The notes under the pieces were generated by a model. That model ran no database searches, had not been told where the DNA came from, and saw only the letters and a program-made list of their open reading frames with translations. A stretch of DNA of 46,678 nt from assembly GCA_038824665.1 (NCBI GenBank), contig JAWBBK010000004.1, forward strand, positions 1-46,678, in the 5' to 3' direction. Positions within the stretch are counted from its first letter, which is position 1. Every line of letters begins with the position of its first letter. The position numbers and the translations under genes are program-made. This stretch comes from Acidilobaceae archaeon (GTDB taxonomy: Archaea > Thermoproteota > Thermoprotei_A > Sulfolobales > Acidilobaceae). Shown one piece after another: positions 8,641 to 18,134 of the stretch.

Positions 8641-10194
8641 TTGAGCTATCCGAAAGACCTGATCGAGAAAGCTAGAGAGCTAATAGCTAAAGGTCTAGAC
8701 CCTTATCTTGTTGCATATAGACATCCGGTCACTACGACAGCAGAAGAAGTGAAAACCAAGTACAATAACATTCCCCCCGGGACAGAAACTGAAGACAGAG
8801 TGAGCGTTGCTGGAAGAGTTTGGCACATAAGAAGACATGGAGGGATAATTTTCATAGACCTTTATGATAACACAGGAAGGATTCAACTTGTAGTCAGACG
8901 AGATATCGTATCCAAAAGCGACAAACTGAAGACCATATTCGAAAAGCTAGACAAGGGAGACGTGATCGGAGTAAGAGGAAAAGTGATGAGAACTAAGATG
9001 GGAGAGATCTCGATCTTAGTTGAAGACGCCGACCTTTTGGCTATAGCTTGGAGAAGCATTCCCTTCCATGAGTTCGGCGTGAAAGACACCGAACAAAGAT
9101 ATAGAGAGAGATATCTCGACTTAATGCTCAACAGCAGAGCTAGAAGAGCTGTCCTGGGACTCTATAAGATCGAAAAAACGATGAGACGAATTTTAGACGA
9201 AAAGGGCTTTATTGAAGTCCACACTCCAAAACTTCAGCCTGTCTATGGAGGAGCTCTCGCCAAGCCTTTCATTACAAAGATAAACGCTCTCGCCAAGCCC
9301 GTTTACCTCAGCATCTCTCCAGAGACCTATCTCAAAAGGCTTGTAATAGCCGGCTTCTTCAAGGTCTATGAAATAGCTGTATGCTTTAGAAACGAAGATA
9401 TAGACGCTACTCACTATCCTGAGTTCGTTCAATTAGAAGCGTACCAGGCTTTTGCAGACTGGACGGACATGATGGAGCTAACTGAAGAACTTGTATCCGA
9501 AGCGGTTAAGGAAGCAGTAGGCGATTACAAGATCGAAATAGATATAGGAGGAGAAGTTAAGATCATAGACTTCTCCAGACCCTGGAAAAGAGTTAGATTA
9601 GAGGACTCTATAGAGGAGGCGATAAAAGAGAACATCAAAAACAAAAGCAGAGAAGAGCTGATAGAAATAGCCAAAAGCCTTGGAGTTGAAGTAGCTGACG
9701 TCAGAAAAGGCAAGATCATAGAGAAGCTTTTTGAAAAGCTAGTGGCTCCCAAGTTGAAAGACCCTACTTTCGTTACGCTATTTCCTAGAGATATCTCGCC
9801 TCTCGCTAGACCGTTCAGAGAAGACCCTAGATACGCTGAGAGATTTGAGCTCTACATTAACGGCTTAGAGGTAGCAAACGGATATACAGAGCTGAACAAC
9901 CCCTTCGTTCAATTACACTTCTTCAGAGAAGAAGAGAAGCTGAGAGCTATGATAGGAGTAGAGGAAGTTCACCCTATAGACAGAGACTACGTGAGAGCTC
10001 TCGAATACGGAATGCCTCCTACAGGAGGAATAGGAATAGGGCTCTACAGACTAGCCATGATAGTCTTCGGGCTTCCTTCGATAAAAGACGTCATCCCGTT
10101 CATCATAACCTTCCAAGACGACATAGAACTGGTCAGCGAAAAGCTAGAAGAGATTTACAACTACTACGTAGAGAAACTAGGCCTGAACTCCTGA
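8641..10194 (+). CDS. lysS: Lysyl-tRNA synthetase, class II
   Basis: OB fold (SVAGRV, FIDLYD), RYRERYLDL, ISPETYLKRL, FRNEDID, ERFELY, GMPPTGGIGIG. The TTG at 8641 follows GGAGG and is preferred over 8611. Confidence 0.96.
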   Translation: MSYPKDLIEKARELIAKGLDPYLVAYRHPVTTTAEEVKTKYNNIPPGTETEDRVSVAGRVWHIRRHGGIIFIDLYDNTGRIQLVVRRDIVSKSDKLKTIFEKLDKGDVIGVRGKVMRTKMGEISILVEDADLLAIAWRSIPFHEFGVKDTEQRYRERYLDLMLNSRARRAVLGLYKIEKTMRRILDEKGFIEVHTPKLQPVYGGALAKPFITKINALAKPVYLSISPETYLKRLVIAGFFKVYEIAVCFRNEDIDATHYPEFVQLEAYQAFADWTDMMELTEELVSEAVKEAVGDYKIEIDIGGEVKIIDFSRPWKRVRLEDSIEEAIKENIKNKSREELIEIAKSLGVEVADVRKGKIIEKLFEKLVAPKLKDPTFVTLFPRDISPLARPFREDPRYAERFELYINGLEVANGYTELNNPFVQLHFFREEEKLRAMIGVEEVHPIDRDYVRALEYGMPPTGGIGIGLYRLAMIVFGLPSIKDVIPFIITFQDDIELVSEKLEEIYNYYVEKLGLNS

Positions 10195-11196
10195 TATCGT
10201 AAACGAAGCGTTGTAAATAGAGACTCCAGGAGCATATTCGAGAACTTCTCTACAGTACAGTTCTTCTGCCCTCTTACAGCATCTCGCTAATCCTGAGAGG
10301 ACTGTTTCTACAGCTTCTTTACAGGAGCTAGCTCTCACATATACATGAGCTACTGCTTTGCTAGAAGCTAGTCTACAGGTCTCTCCTAAGAAGTCGAGCG
10401 AAGCTGTTGGACTGTCTAAAATCAGTCTAGTGAACACAGGTTTCAACACTTTAGAAGCTATAGAGGCATCCAGTCTGATGGGAAATACAGAGCCTCTGAG
10501 CGCCTTCTTGTTGACCATAACGTTTTTAGTCAGATAGTAGACAGCTATCTCATTTAAGTCTGAAGCCAGAACTTTAGCTCGCCTCAGATTAGCTATGTGT
10601 ATCGAATACCCGCCTACTCCTGCAAACATATCGAAGACAAGGTCTTCATCTGAAGACTCTTCCGCTATCCTTCTGTGTTCTGTTGAAAGCCTTGGGTTAA
10701 AGTAGACTTTAGCTATGTCTGTATAGAACAACAACCCGTACTCCTTATGGACTGTCCAAGTCCGCTCTTCTCCAGCTAGGTGGACTAACCTTTGAACTCT
10801 GAAATCGCCCCAAGTCTCTGTTTTGAGGAAAACCGCCTTGATCCTAGGCTGTTGTCTTATGAGTTCTTGAGCTATCGTCTTGTATTCTTCTAAGTTCATA
10901 TATGATCTCCAGCTGAAGACCGCTATGTCTCCAATCACGCTGTAGCTAGAGACTTTCGAAAACTCGGAAAGAGGTCTAGGCCTTTCTGGAGCTTTTTCAA
11001 ACTCCTCTTCCACTACAAAAGCTTCTATTCCAGCTTCCCTTAAGATTTCGAGAACGTTGTGAGCCTCAACTACTGGGACTATCACTAGGTCTTCAGATCT
11101 CTTTATTTTGAAAGAAGTGTTCAGAAGACCTCTCTTTTTCAAGAGAGTTATGACCTTCTCCGCTACTTCTTTTCTAACTGCTACTCCTAAAGTCAA
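10177..11196 (-). CDS. trm5: Trm5-family tRNA G37 methyltransferase
   Basis: IGDIA, HKEYG, YFNPRLSTE, DMFAGVG; N-terminal D1-like domain. Confidence 0.85.
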   Translation of the reverse strand: MTLGVAVRKEVAEKVITLLKKRGLLNTSFKIKRSEDLVIVPVVEAHNVLEILREAGIEAFVVEEEFEKAPERPRPLSEFSKVSSYSVIGDIAVFSWRSYMNLEEYKTIAQELIRQQPRIKAVFLKTETWGDFRVQRLVHLAGEERTWTVHKEYGLLFYTDIAKVYFNPRLSTEHRRIAEESSDEDLVFDMFAGVGGYSIHIANLRRAKVLASDLNEIAVYYLTKNVMVNKKALRGSVFPIRLDASIASKVLKPVFTRLILDSPTASLDFLGETCRLASSKAVAHVYVRASSCKEAVETVLSGLARCCKRAEELYCREVLEYAPGVSIYNASFTISGVQA

Positions 11197-11307
11197 AGAT
11201 CGCTCCCGAAACCTGTTCGAGAGAACACAAAAGAGTTTAAAAGAGGACTTAGTGATCTCGCACGTTCTAAAAGAGAACGCAGATAGCTTGATAGAAACAA
11301 CGAAACT

Positions 11308-12861
11308 TCATTTCAACAACTCTTTCTGTATCTCCTCTACTTCTAACCAAAGCCTTTTCATGTGAGCTCTAGCTTGCTCAGCTAGAGATCTCGCGCTCCT
11401 CTCTCCTTTGATTTTGTAAAGAGGTCTTTCTTCTCCTGAAACCCACACCTCTTCTGGCGGATTCCTCTCTTCTCTAAGCTCTCTGAGGACTCTGAGATAG
11501 GCGACGACTTCGGAAAACCAGACAGCCTCTAAGTCTGTCTCTTTTCTGCAACCGTAGTCGTAGAGGACGGGCTTCAGAAACCTTCTGGCCAGCTCTGGAT
11601 ATAGCTCTTTCCAGCCTACTCTTGAAGCTATAGAAGAGATCACGTAGGCGATTCTTCTAGCTTCTAAAGGACCTTCTAGAAGCGGAGCTAGAACCTTCTT
11701 CTCAATATGGAGATAGTTCGGTTCTTTAGATATGACTTTAACGGCTTCAACTACAGCTTGTGTAGCGATGTCGAAGTTCACAGCTTCTATTGAGTCTCGA
11801 GGCGTGTGGTATATCTCTTTGAAGCTCTTAGACCACATAGAGTGAAAAGATATCGTAGGGACCCCTATGACCGCAAAAGAAAAGCTGTCGGTCTCGGGAC
11901 TCTCACAACACCTTTCTTGAATTTCAGAGTTCCCAACGTACTGAGGAGAGCCTGAGATCAAGAGAGGATCAAAGCCTGCCGTGTCGAAATTCACGTATAG
12001 TTTGACTTCTTTCCAAACACCTGAAGCCATTAATTGTTCAGCATAGAATCTGCTTCCCCAAGCCCAATACCAAGAAGCGTAACCTGGAACTCCGAACTCT
12101 TCAGAGCCAAACAAGACCAGCCTTACTCGAAAGCCTTTTTCTGAAAGAAGTCTGGCTGTTGCTACAGCTTGGGCTATGCCTAAGACGTTGTCAAGAGCTC
12201 CTTTAAACCATCTATCTATATGTGCTCCTATCATAACCAGCTCTTCGCCTTCTCCAAGCTCAGCTTCTACGACAGCACTACTAGACTCTTGAACTTCAGC
12301 CTCTATCTCTATATAGACAGCGCCTTCAAGCTTTGAAGCATAACCTTCTTCAACAACAACTAGAGGCAGATCTACAGGCGAGCCCACTTCATAGCTAAAT
12401 CCTTTATATCCGTTGACTACTATGACTCTAGGAGCTCTTGGAGATTCTACGATGAGACCTGAAGCTCCTGCTTGAAAAGCGTAAATAGCTGCTAGCTTGA
12501 GGTCGTCTGGATTTTTAGGTTCTTTTACTATCGCTATCCTGCCCTCAGGAAAGCCTCTCCAGCTCTCTTGACAAGAGGGGTCTTTCTCTATCTTGACCCA
12601 GGCTCCTTCAGCTCTAGAAGACTCTACGTAAGGAAAGGTGACGGCTATTGATGGTCTTGGAGAAACGTTTAGAGACTTTAGAGTCCACGTAGTAGAGGGA
12701 AATAGTTCGACCTTAGCTCTAGTCTTAAGGAAGTCTTCAATTAAGCACGCTATTCTCTCGGCTTCTTCTAGCTCTTTTCTAGAACCTGAGAGAACGTTTT
12801 CAGATCCGTAGACCTCGTTGAACAGTCTCTCTATCTGCTCTCTGAGATCTGAAGTAGTCAG
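11308..12861 (-). CDS. M28-family aminopeptidase with PA domain (probable CTG start)
   Basis: GAHID, GALDN, SEEFG, NFD, YHTPRD. The frame stays open 158 codons upstream of the ORF-track start, to a CTG after GGAGG. The extension has a PA-like segment (GRIAIV...AFQAGASGLIV). Confidence 0.85.
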   Translation of the reverse strand: MTTSDLREQIERLFNEVYGSENVLSGSRKELEEAERIACLIEDFLKTRAKVELFPSTTWTLKSLNVSPRPSIAVTFPYVESSRAEGAWVKIEKDPSCQESWRGFPEGRIAIVKEPKNPDDLKLAAIYAFQAGASGLIVESPRAPRVIVVNGYKGFSYEVGSPVDLPLVVVEEGYASKLEGAVYIEIEAEVQESSSAVVEAELGEGEELVMIGAHIDRWFKGALDNVLGIAQAVATARLLSEKGFRVRLVLFGSEEFGVPGYASWYWAWGSRFYAEQLMASGVWKEVKLYVNFDTAGFDPLLISGSPQYVGNSEIQERCCESPETDSFSFAVIGVPTISFHSMWSKSFKEIYHTPRDSIEAVNFDIATQAVVEAVKVISKEPNYLHIEKKVLAPLLEGPLEARRIAYVISSIASRVGWKELYPELARRFLKPVLYDYGCRKETDLEAVWFSEVVAYLRVLRELREERNPPEEVWVSGEERPLYKIKGERSARSLAEQARAHMKRLWLEVEEIQKELLK

Positions 12862-12937
12862 CTCTCCTCCCCGAACTCAGAGACCGCTCTAACCTTAAGG
12901 CTAGCCAGCTCTATCTTAAAAGGGGGGAAGAGAAAAG

Positions 12938-13636
12938 GTGTCTCTCGAGAAGCGCAAGAGAGCTCTAATAGAGCTACTCAAGAGGATCAACCTCCTGAAA
13001 GACCCAGAAGTGGAAAAAGCCATGTTGACTGTCCCTCGAGAGCTCTTCGTTCCTGAGCAGTTCAGGGAGTTAGCTTACGAAGACAGACCTCTTCCTATAG
13101 GGTTCAACCAGACTATAAGCGCTCCTGGAGTAGTAGCTAGAATGACTGAGCTTCTAAGACCTAGAAGAGGACATAAAGTCTTAGAGGTAGGAACAGGCTC
13201 AGGCTACCAAGCGGCTATCTTAGCCGAAATAGTGAAGCCTGAAGGAAGAGTTTGGAGCATCGAGAGGATCTCCGCTCTAGCTGAGAAAGCAAAAGAGAAC
13301 TTAGCAAGAGCAGGCTATCTGGAATACGTCACAGTAATAGTAGGAGATGGGAGCAAGGGGTATCCTGAAGCCGCTCCTTACGATAGAATAATAGTAACGG
13401 TCGCTTGTCCAGAAGTACCGAAGCCTCTGCTAGAACAGCTGAAGCCTGAAGGAAGATTAGTAGCTCCCGTAGGAGGTTCTGACCTTCAAGTCCTTATGGT
13501 AGTAGACAAGCTAAGCGATGGAACTGTGAGTAGCTTCTACGATATAGAAGTGGTCTTCGTTCCTCTTATCGGAGAATACGGATGGAAGAGCGAGAACGAT
13601 TTTTACAAAACAGAACGTAACACTCAATTCTGGTAA
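12938..13636 (+). CDS. pcm: Protein-L-isoaspartate O-methyltransferase
   Basis: VPRELFV, AYEDRPLPIG, QTISAP, LEVGTGSGY, APYDRI, FVPLIG. Confidence 0.96.
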   Translation: MSLEKRKRALIELLKRINLLKDPEVEKAMLTVPRELFVPEQFRELAYEDRPLPIGFNQTISAPGVVARMTELLRPRRGHKVLEVGTGSGYQAAILAEIVKPEGRVWSIERISALAEKAKENLARAGYLEYVTVIVGDGSKGYPEAAPYDRIIVTVACPEVPKPLLEQLKPEGRLVAPVGGSDLQVLMVVDKLSDGTVSSFYDIEVVFVPLIGEYGWKSENDFYKTERNTQFW

Positions 13637-13680
13637 CCCGGTAATACACAAAACGAAAAAGCTTTACAGGGTTTACACCA

Positions 13681-13745
13681 AGTGGCAGTGAAGAGTGTGG
13701 TGGACACCGAGAAGAGATGAGGACTAGGAGCCCTCTGAGCCAACT
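13681..13745 (+). ncRNA. Box C/D guide sRNA
   Basis: C GTGAAGA 13688-94, 12-nt guide, D' CCGA 13707-10, C' ATGAGGA 13717-23, 11-nt guide, D CTGA 13735-38; terminal stem agtggc/gccaact; intergenic. Confidence 0.8.
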
Positions 13746-13810
13746 TAAAGCTCTAAAGGGTCTAAGATGTTGAGAAGCTGGACTGCAGTCTGTGGGGGGT
13801 TTAAGATTAA

Positions 13811-14851
13811 GTGAGTCCAGAGCCTAATCTCAAAAAAGTGCTAGTGATAGCTGATTGGGATGCAGACGGTATAGTATCGGCAGCCATGATAGTTTATGCT
13901 CAAGAGAAGTTAAGGCTGTTTCCAACAAATCAGAGAGTTCACATAGAAGTAGCTCCTAGCGGGCCTAGAGGCTTTAAAGAAAAGCTTCAAGGATGTTGGG
14001 ATTATGTGGTTGTTCTCGATATTCCTTGTACTCAAGAAGTAGAAGCAAGTCTCACAGAGATGAGAAGAAACGGTTGTAGATCTGTCGTGCTGTACTTCGA
14101 CCATCACGACTCTACTTTTGAAAACAAAGAAAAGCTAGAGAAAGAGCTAGGAGTAACCGTCTTCTACGAGAAGATGCCGACAGCTATGATAGTAAGGAAC
14201 GTGTTAGAAAAACAGGGAATAAAGCCTCCCCCACGGCTAAGACTGCTTTCAGAAGCTGTAGCGGCTATTGAGGGAAGAGCCAAAAACCCTCGCGATGTTG
14301 GAGAAAAGCTAGTCAAACTGGTCTTAGGGATCTCCAAGTATATGAACAAAGAGAAAGACCCCTCTGCTTGGTGTACGTTCGTTAAAAAGCTAGCCGACCT
14401 TCTTCCTTTCGATGCTTTAGATGCAGAACTAGGAGTAGAAATACAAAACTTAGTGACCAAGACGTTAGAGGTCTCGAAAGAGGCAGACAAAGAACTTAAA
14501 GCTGCAGCCATAGAGCACGCCATGAGTGCTAAGAGAATAGGCTATGTGAGGCTAGTAGACGTTAGAAGAAAGTGGGAAGGTAGGGGGGCATCTGCTTTAG
14601 CTTCAGCTATCCATAAGATCTTAGGAGAGCCTGTAGTGCTTCTTGTAAACAAAGATGATGGAAGCACTCTATTGATAGTTAGGTCTTCAAGAGGAGAGGC
14701 TCGTAAGATCGTTGATGCGTTAGCTGAGATAGGAGCGATAGAAGACAAGGGAGGTCACGATAATATAGCTACCGGTAAGCTCTCTCCAAGCTTTTCTATA
14801 GAAGAGCTAGAAGAAGTTCTTCGCAAGCTCTCTCTTCACTTGAGATGCTGA
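13811..14851 (+). CDS. DHH-family phosphoesterase with DHHA1 domain
   Basis: DWDADG, VLD, FDHH, C-terminal GGH. Confidence 0.88.
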   Translation: MSPEPNLKKVLVIADWDADGIVSAAMIVYAQEKLRLFPTNQRVHIEVAPSGPRGFKEKLQGCWDYVVVLDIPCTQEVEASLTEMRRNGCRSVVLYFDHHDSTFENKEKLEKELGVTVFYEKMPTAMIVRNVLEKQGIKPPPRLRLLSEAVAAIEGRAKNPRDVGEKLVKLVLGISKYMNKEKDPSAWCTFVKKLADLLPFDALDAELGVEIQNLVTKTLEVSKEADKELKAAAIEHAMSAKRIGYVRLVDVRRKWEGRGASALASAIHKILGEPVVLLVNKDDGSTLLIVRSSRGEARKIVDALAEIGAIEDKGGHDNIATGKLSPSFSIEELEEVLRKLSLHLRC

Positions 14852-14865
14852 TGAGGATTTAAGAT

Positions 14866-15897
14866 ATGAGTATAGAACTAAACGTCTCTCCGCCTGAAGC
14901 CGTTAAAGAGGTAGAAGTTCCTCTCTACGAGGAGCTTTTGAAGAGAGTGGCTTCTCGAGCTTTTAGAAAACGAAAAAACAAAGAGGGCTGTCTAAGCGGT
15001 CTAGAGACCACCTTCAACATCCTCTACTCCAACACAAACGACATCGAGACGTTCTACAAGGTGTTTAAGAACCTACATCCCTTTTATTCAGATCTCTTGA
15101 GCATAGAGTTTGATTTAGAAGAAGCGAACAGAGCTTTCTCTTGTGTTTTCAAGGCCAGAAAGCTTTCGAAAAGGTTTTGGGAAGTCTATAGGTATAGAGC
15201 TCTGGCTGCAGAGACAACGAGAGAAGCCTGTAGAGAGACAAGAGAAGGAATAGGAAGAACCCTTTCGCTTTTCAAAAGATGTAAGAAGGCTCTTCTCCTA
15301 CTTAAAAATCTCGTCGTCTACCTTAGCGGACTACCCTCAATAGACGTGAGTTCCCCTTTAGTTATAGTAGCTGGAGCTCCTAACGTCGGAAAGTCAACCT
15401 TTGTGAGAGCTGTATCTACAGGAAAGCCCGAGATAGCGAATTACCCGTTTACCACAAAAAATGTAACTTTGGGGCACAGGGTTGTAGAAGGCTTTAAGGT
15501 CCAGTTCATCGATACTCCGGGTCTTCTCGATAGACCCATAGAGCAAATGAACAAGATCGAAAAGAAAGCTATCGCGGCTCTCTCAAAGCTCATGGGAGGA
15601 GTGCTCTTTCTTCTCGATCCTACTCCTAACGCTCATTTGAGCATAAGTGCTCAGAAGAGCTTGTTAGAGAACATGAAGAAGATCATAGGCGAAAAGCCGC
15701 TCTTCATAGCTATAAATAAGCTTGATGAGGCAGACCCAGAGCTTCTTAAAGAGGCGAGAAAGATCGCTGATGAGTTCACGAAGTTAGGCTTTGCAATCAA
15801 AAAGTACGAGCTTATAGCTGTAGATAAAATCAGTGCCGAAGTCGTGGCTAACGACGTAGGATTGCTCACGCTTAAACACTTCGGCTTTCTATCTTAA
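14866..15897 (+). CDS. NOG1-family GTPase
   Basis: GAPNVGKS, YPFTTK, DTPGLLDRP, MNKIE, NKLD. Confidence 0.93.
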   Translation: MSIELNVSPPEAVKEVEVPLYEELLKRVASRAFRKRKNKEGCLSGLETTFNILYSNTNDIETFYKVFKNLHPFYSDLLSIEFDLEEANRAFSCVFKARKLSKRFWEVYRYRALAAETTREACRETREGIGRTLSLFKRCKKALLLLKNLVVYLSGLPSIDVSSPLVIVAGAPNVGKSTFVRAVSTGKPEIANYPFTTKNVTLGHRVVEGFKVQFIDTPGLLDRPIEQMNKIEKKAIAALSKLMGGVLFLLDPTPNAHLSISAQKSLLENMKKIIGEKPLFIAINKLDEADPELLKEARKIADEFTKLGFAIKKYELIAVDKISAEVVANDVGLLTLKHFGFLS

Positions 15898-16936
15898 CTA
15901 AAAACGTCTCGTTTATCCTCCCACTGATCACTTCATACCTAAACCCTTCAAGCATTAACTTAAGTAGCTCTAAGACTGTGTAAGCATGCATTGTGAATAA
16001 AGCTCCTTTCACAACACTAGAGCCTCCGGCTAAAGCTAGATAAAGAGGTATCATGTCTGAAGCGTGTCTATCGAGAGCTGCTCCTGTAGCTAGGTCTTCT
16101 AAGAGAAGTCTAGCTGCTTCTTCTCCCACTGTTTCTGCTCTTTTGCCAGGAGCTCCTAAGCTATCTGAGCCCATAACGCTTTCGTTGAATATAGTCCATA
16201 CCGTAACGCCACTTCCTGGACCTAAATGAGGGTCCTTCTCAGGCTCATAGCTTTCGATCTCTACTTCGGGTTTTACTTTCAACTCGGACTCCAACAGCGA
16301 AGAAGCGCTACGAGCTTGTCTTTCCGCTACGTGTTTAGGAAGTTTGACTGCATGACTGCGCAGACGCAGTTCCTTTAGCTCTCCTCTTTCAACGAAGTCT
16401 CTGGCTTTCAACCTGACTGGAGCTTCAACTTCAACTAAAACTGCTCCTCCTCCTTTAGGATAATGTCCTCTTCTTTCTAAAATTATCTTAACGTCAGCTC
16501 CTAAGAACTTCAACAGTCTGACCAAAACCTCTCTCATGTAGTCTATTGTGGGAGCTTTGGGGACATCGGTTCCTCCTCTTACTCTAACCCTTGAAGGTCT
16601 CTCAGCATAGAGCAGAACGGGTAGGATGGCTTGAAGAACTAGAGAAACGCTTCCAGCTGTTCCTACGTCAAACTCGAAGCTCCCTCCTCTGATTTCTCTA
16701 GGATAAAACTCGATCTCTGTGCTTCCTACTCTGTCTCCTTTGACTTCAGCATTACAGAGCTTAGCTATAGCTTTGACCGCTGTGAGATGCTGAGGACGAA
16801 GTCCAGGGTTCTCTCTCTTAGCCCTTATATTGAAGATCTTGATGGGGATTTTGGTGATAGCTGAAACCGCAAGAGCGGTTCTCAGGATCTGACCTCCGCC
16901 CTCTCCTATAGAACCGTCTATCTCTACGCGTTTCAT
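15872..16936 (-). CDS. rtcA: RNA 3'-terminal phosphate cyclase
   Basis: DGSIGEGGGQILR, PGLRPQH, GGTDV, RGHYPKGGG, catalytic His in TMH. Confidence 0.96.
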   Translation of the reverse strand: MKRVEIDGSIGEGGGQILRTALAVSAITKIPIKIFNIRAKRENPGLRPQHLTAVKAIAKLCNAEVKGDRVGSTEIEFYPREIRGGSFEFDVGTAGSVSLVLQAILPVLLYAERPSRVRVRGGTDVPKAPTIDYMREVLVRLLKFLGADVKIILERRGHYPKGGGAVLVEVEAPVRLKARDFVERGELKELRLRSHAVKLPKHVAERQARSASSLLESELKVKPEVEIESYEPEKDPHLGPGSGVTVWTIFNESVMGSDSLGAPGKRAETVGEEAARLLLEDLATGAALDRHASDMIPLYLALAGGSSVVKGALFTMHAYTVLELLKLMLEGFRYEVISGRINETFLVKIESRSV

Positions 16937-17466
16937 TTTTTGGACAGCCTCCTAATCCTTTCAGCAAAACCTATCTCTTTCAGCTTGTCTCTTATGGATT
17001 CTGGAATACACTCGTCCCAAACGCCTTCTTTTAGTATATTCTCTCTAATCATAGTTCCGCTGCACTCTTCTGGCTTATACAAAGGAGGTCTTATAGCGAC
17101 TAAGCCCATGTCTTCAAAGAGCATTAAGACTAACTCGTTACCTGAGACCACTCCTTCAAAAGAGGGTAACAACATCTTGAGATATTGTACCCAGACCTTG
17201 TTCATAGCTATATCGGGCACAGGAACTATGTAGATCCTAGCGTAGTCTTCAGGCTTAAGCTCTGCAGACAGCATAGACCTTAGCAACTCTATTCTCTCTC
17301 CAGCAGTTAATGGGTTTCTTAGAGTATGAGACTCTTGAGCAGAGCCTACGACTACTATGACTTCTTCAGCGAGAGAGAGAGCATACCTTATGGTCTCTAG
17401 GTGACCTTTATGAGGCGGTTGAAAACGACCTGGAACTAAAAGCCTTGAGTACTTCTTTTGAGACAT
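16933..17466 (-). CDS. nadM: Nicotinamide-nucleotide adenylyltransferase
   Basis: GRFQPPHKGH, GSAQESH, NPLTAGER, SGTMIR. Confidence 0.95.
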   Translation of the reverse strand: MSQKKYSRLLVPGRFQPPHKGHLETIRYALSLAEEVIVVVGSAQESHTLRNPLTAGERIELLRSMLSAELKPEDYARIYIVPVPDIAMNKVWVQYLKMLLPSFEGVVSGNELVLMLFEDMGLVAIRPPLYKPEECSGTMIRENILKEGVWDECIPESIRDKLKEIGFAERIRRLSKK

Positions 17467-17540
17467 AGCCTTGCCCTGACCCTAAGGAGACCACGGCTTC
17501 TTTTTAAACTCTAATCTCCGAACGGAAAGAGGGCTAAGCT

Positions 17541-18134
17541 TTGGTGGTTCAAAACTTAGCTCTGAAGCTAGGTAGTCTTCTTCTGCTTTTAACTCTTCTG
17601 ACGGTTCCTGTTTCCTTGGTTTTCAAAGAGGTTAACGTCTTGATTTCTCTTTTGACCTTGTCAACAGCTGTTTCTATGGGAGCTTTTGGACTAATTATCT
17701 TAATTCCAAAAATCATTATGGGTTTTAGGAGGTTAGAAAGCAAATCTAAATGGTATTTGTTCAAATGGCTTCTAGGCATCCTGAAAGCTGTAGCCATAGG
17801 TATAGTGTTCTACATAGCGCTTAGAGTGCTGACATTCTGGGAACTCCTCGATCCCCACTGGGCGGTCGTTATCTCATACTCGCTCTTTTACGCGTTTTTC
17901 CTCTTGTCGACTGTTTGGTTGCTCAAAGCCTCAGATAGGGTGTCTAGAATCTACAAGTTGAAGTTGATTTCGACAACGGGCAGAATCGCAGCCGTTCTCA
18001 TAGCTCTCATAGTCTTAGCTGTCATACTCGTTCTCATCGGCTATCATGTCTTGGCTTACGTTGCTCTAGCCTCAGCTTACATTATCGTAGTGTTCTTTCT
18101 AATTGTGGTCTCCTTTAGCTCTCGAACATTATGA
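17541..18134 (+). CDS. Integral membrane protein (weakly DUF996/DUF973-like)
   Basis: About six hydrophobic segments; the family resemblance is weak and by eye. Confidence 0.65.
   Translation: MVVQNLALKLGSLLLLLTLLTVPVSLVFKEVNVLISLLTLSTAVSMGAFGLIILIPKIIMGFRRLESKSKWYLFKWLLGILKAVAIGIVFYIALRVLTFWELLDPHWAVVISYSLFYAFFLLSTVWLLKASDRVSRIYKLKLISTTGRIAAVLIALIVLAVILVLIGYHVLAYVALASAYIIVVFFLIVVSFSSRTL

Noticed and set aside
13631-13680. Imperfect inverted repeat tggtaacccggtaa...ttacagggtttacacca
   Set aside because: Gapped, no target-site duplication, single copy; not enough to call a MITE
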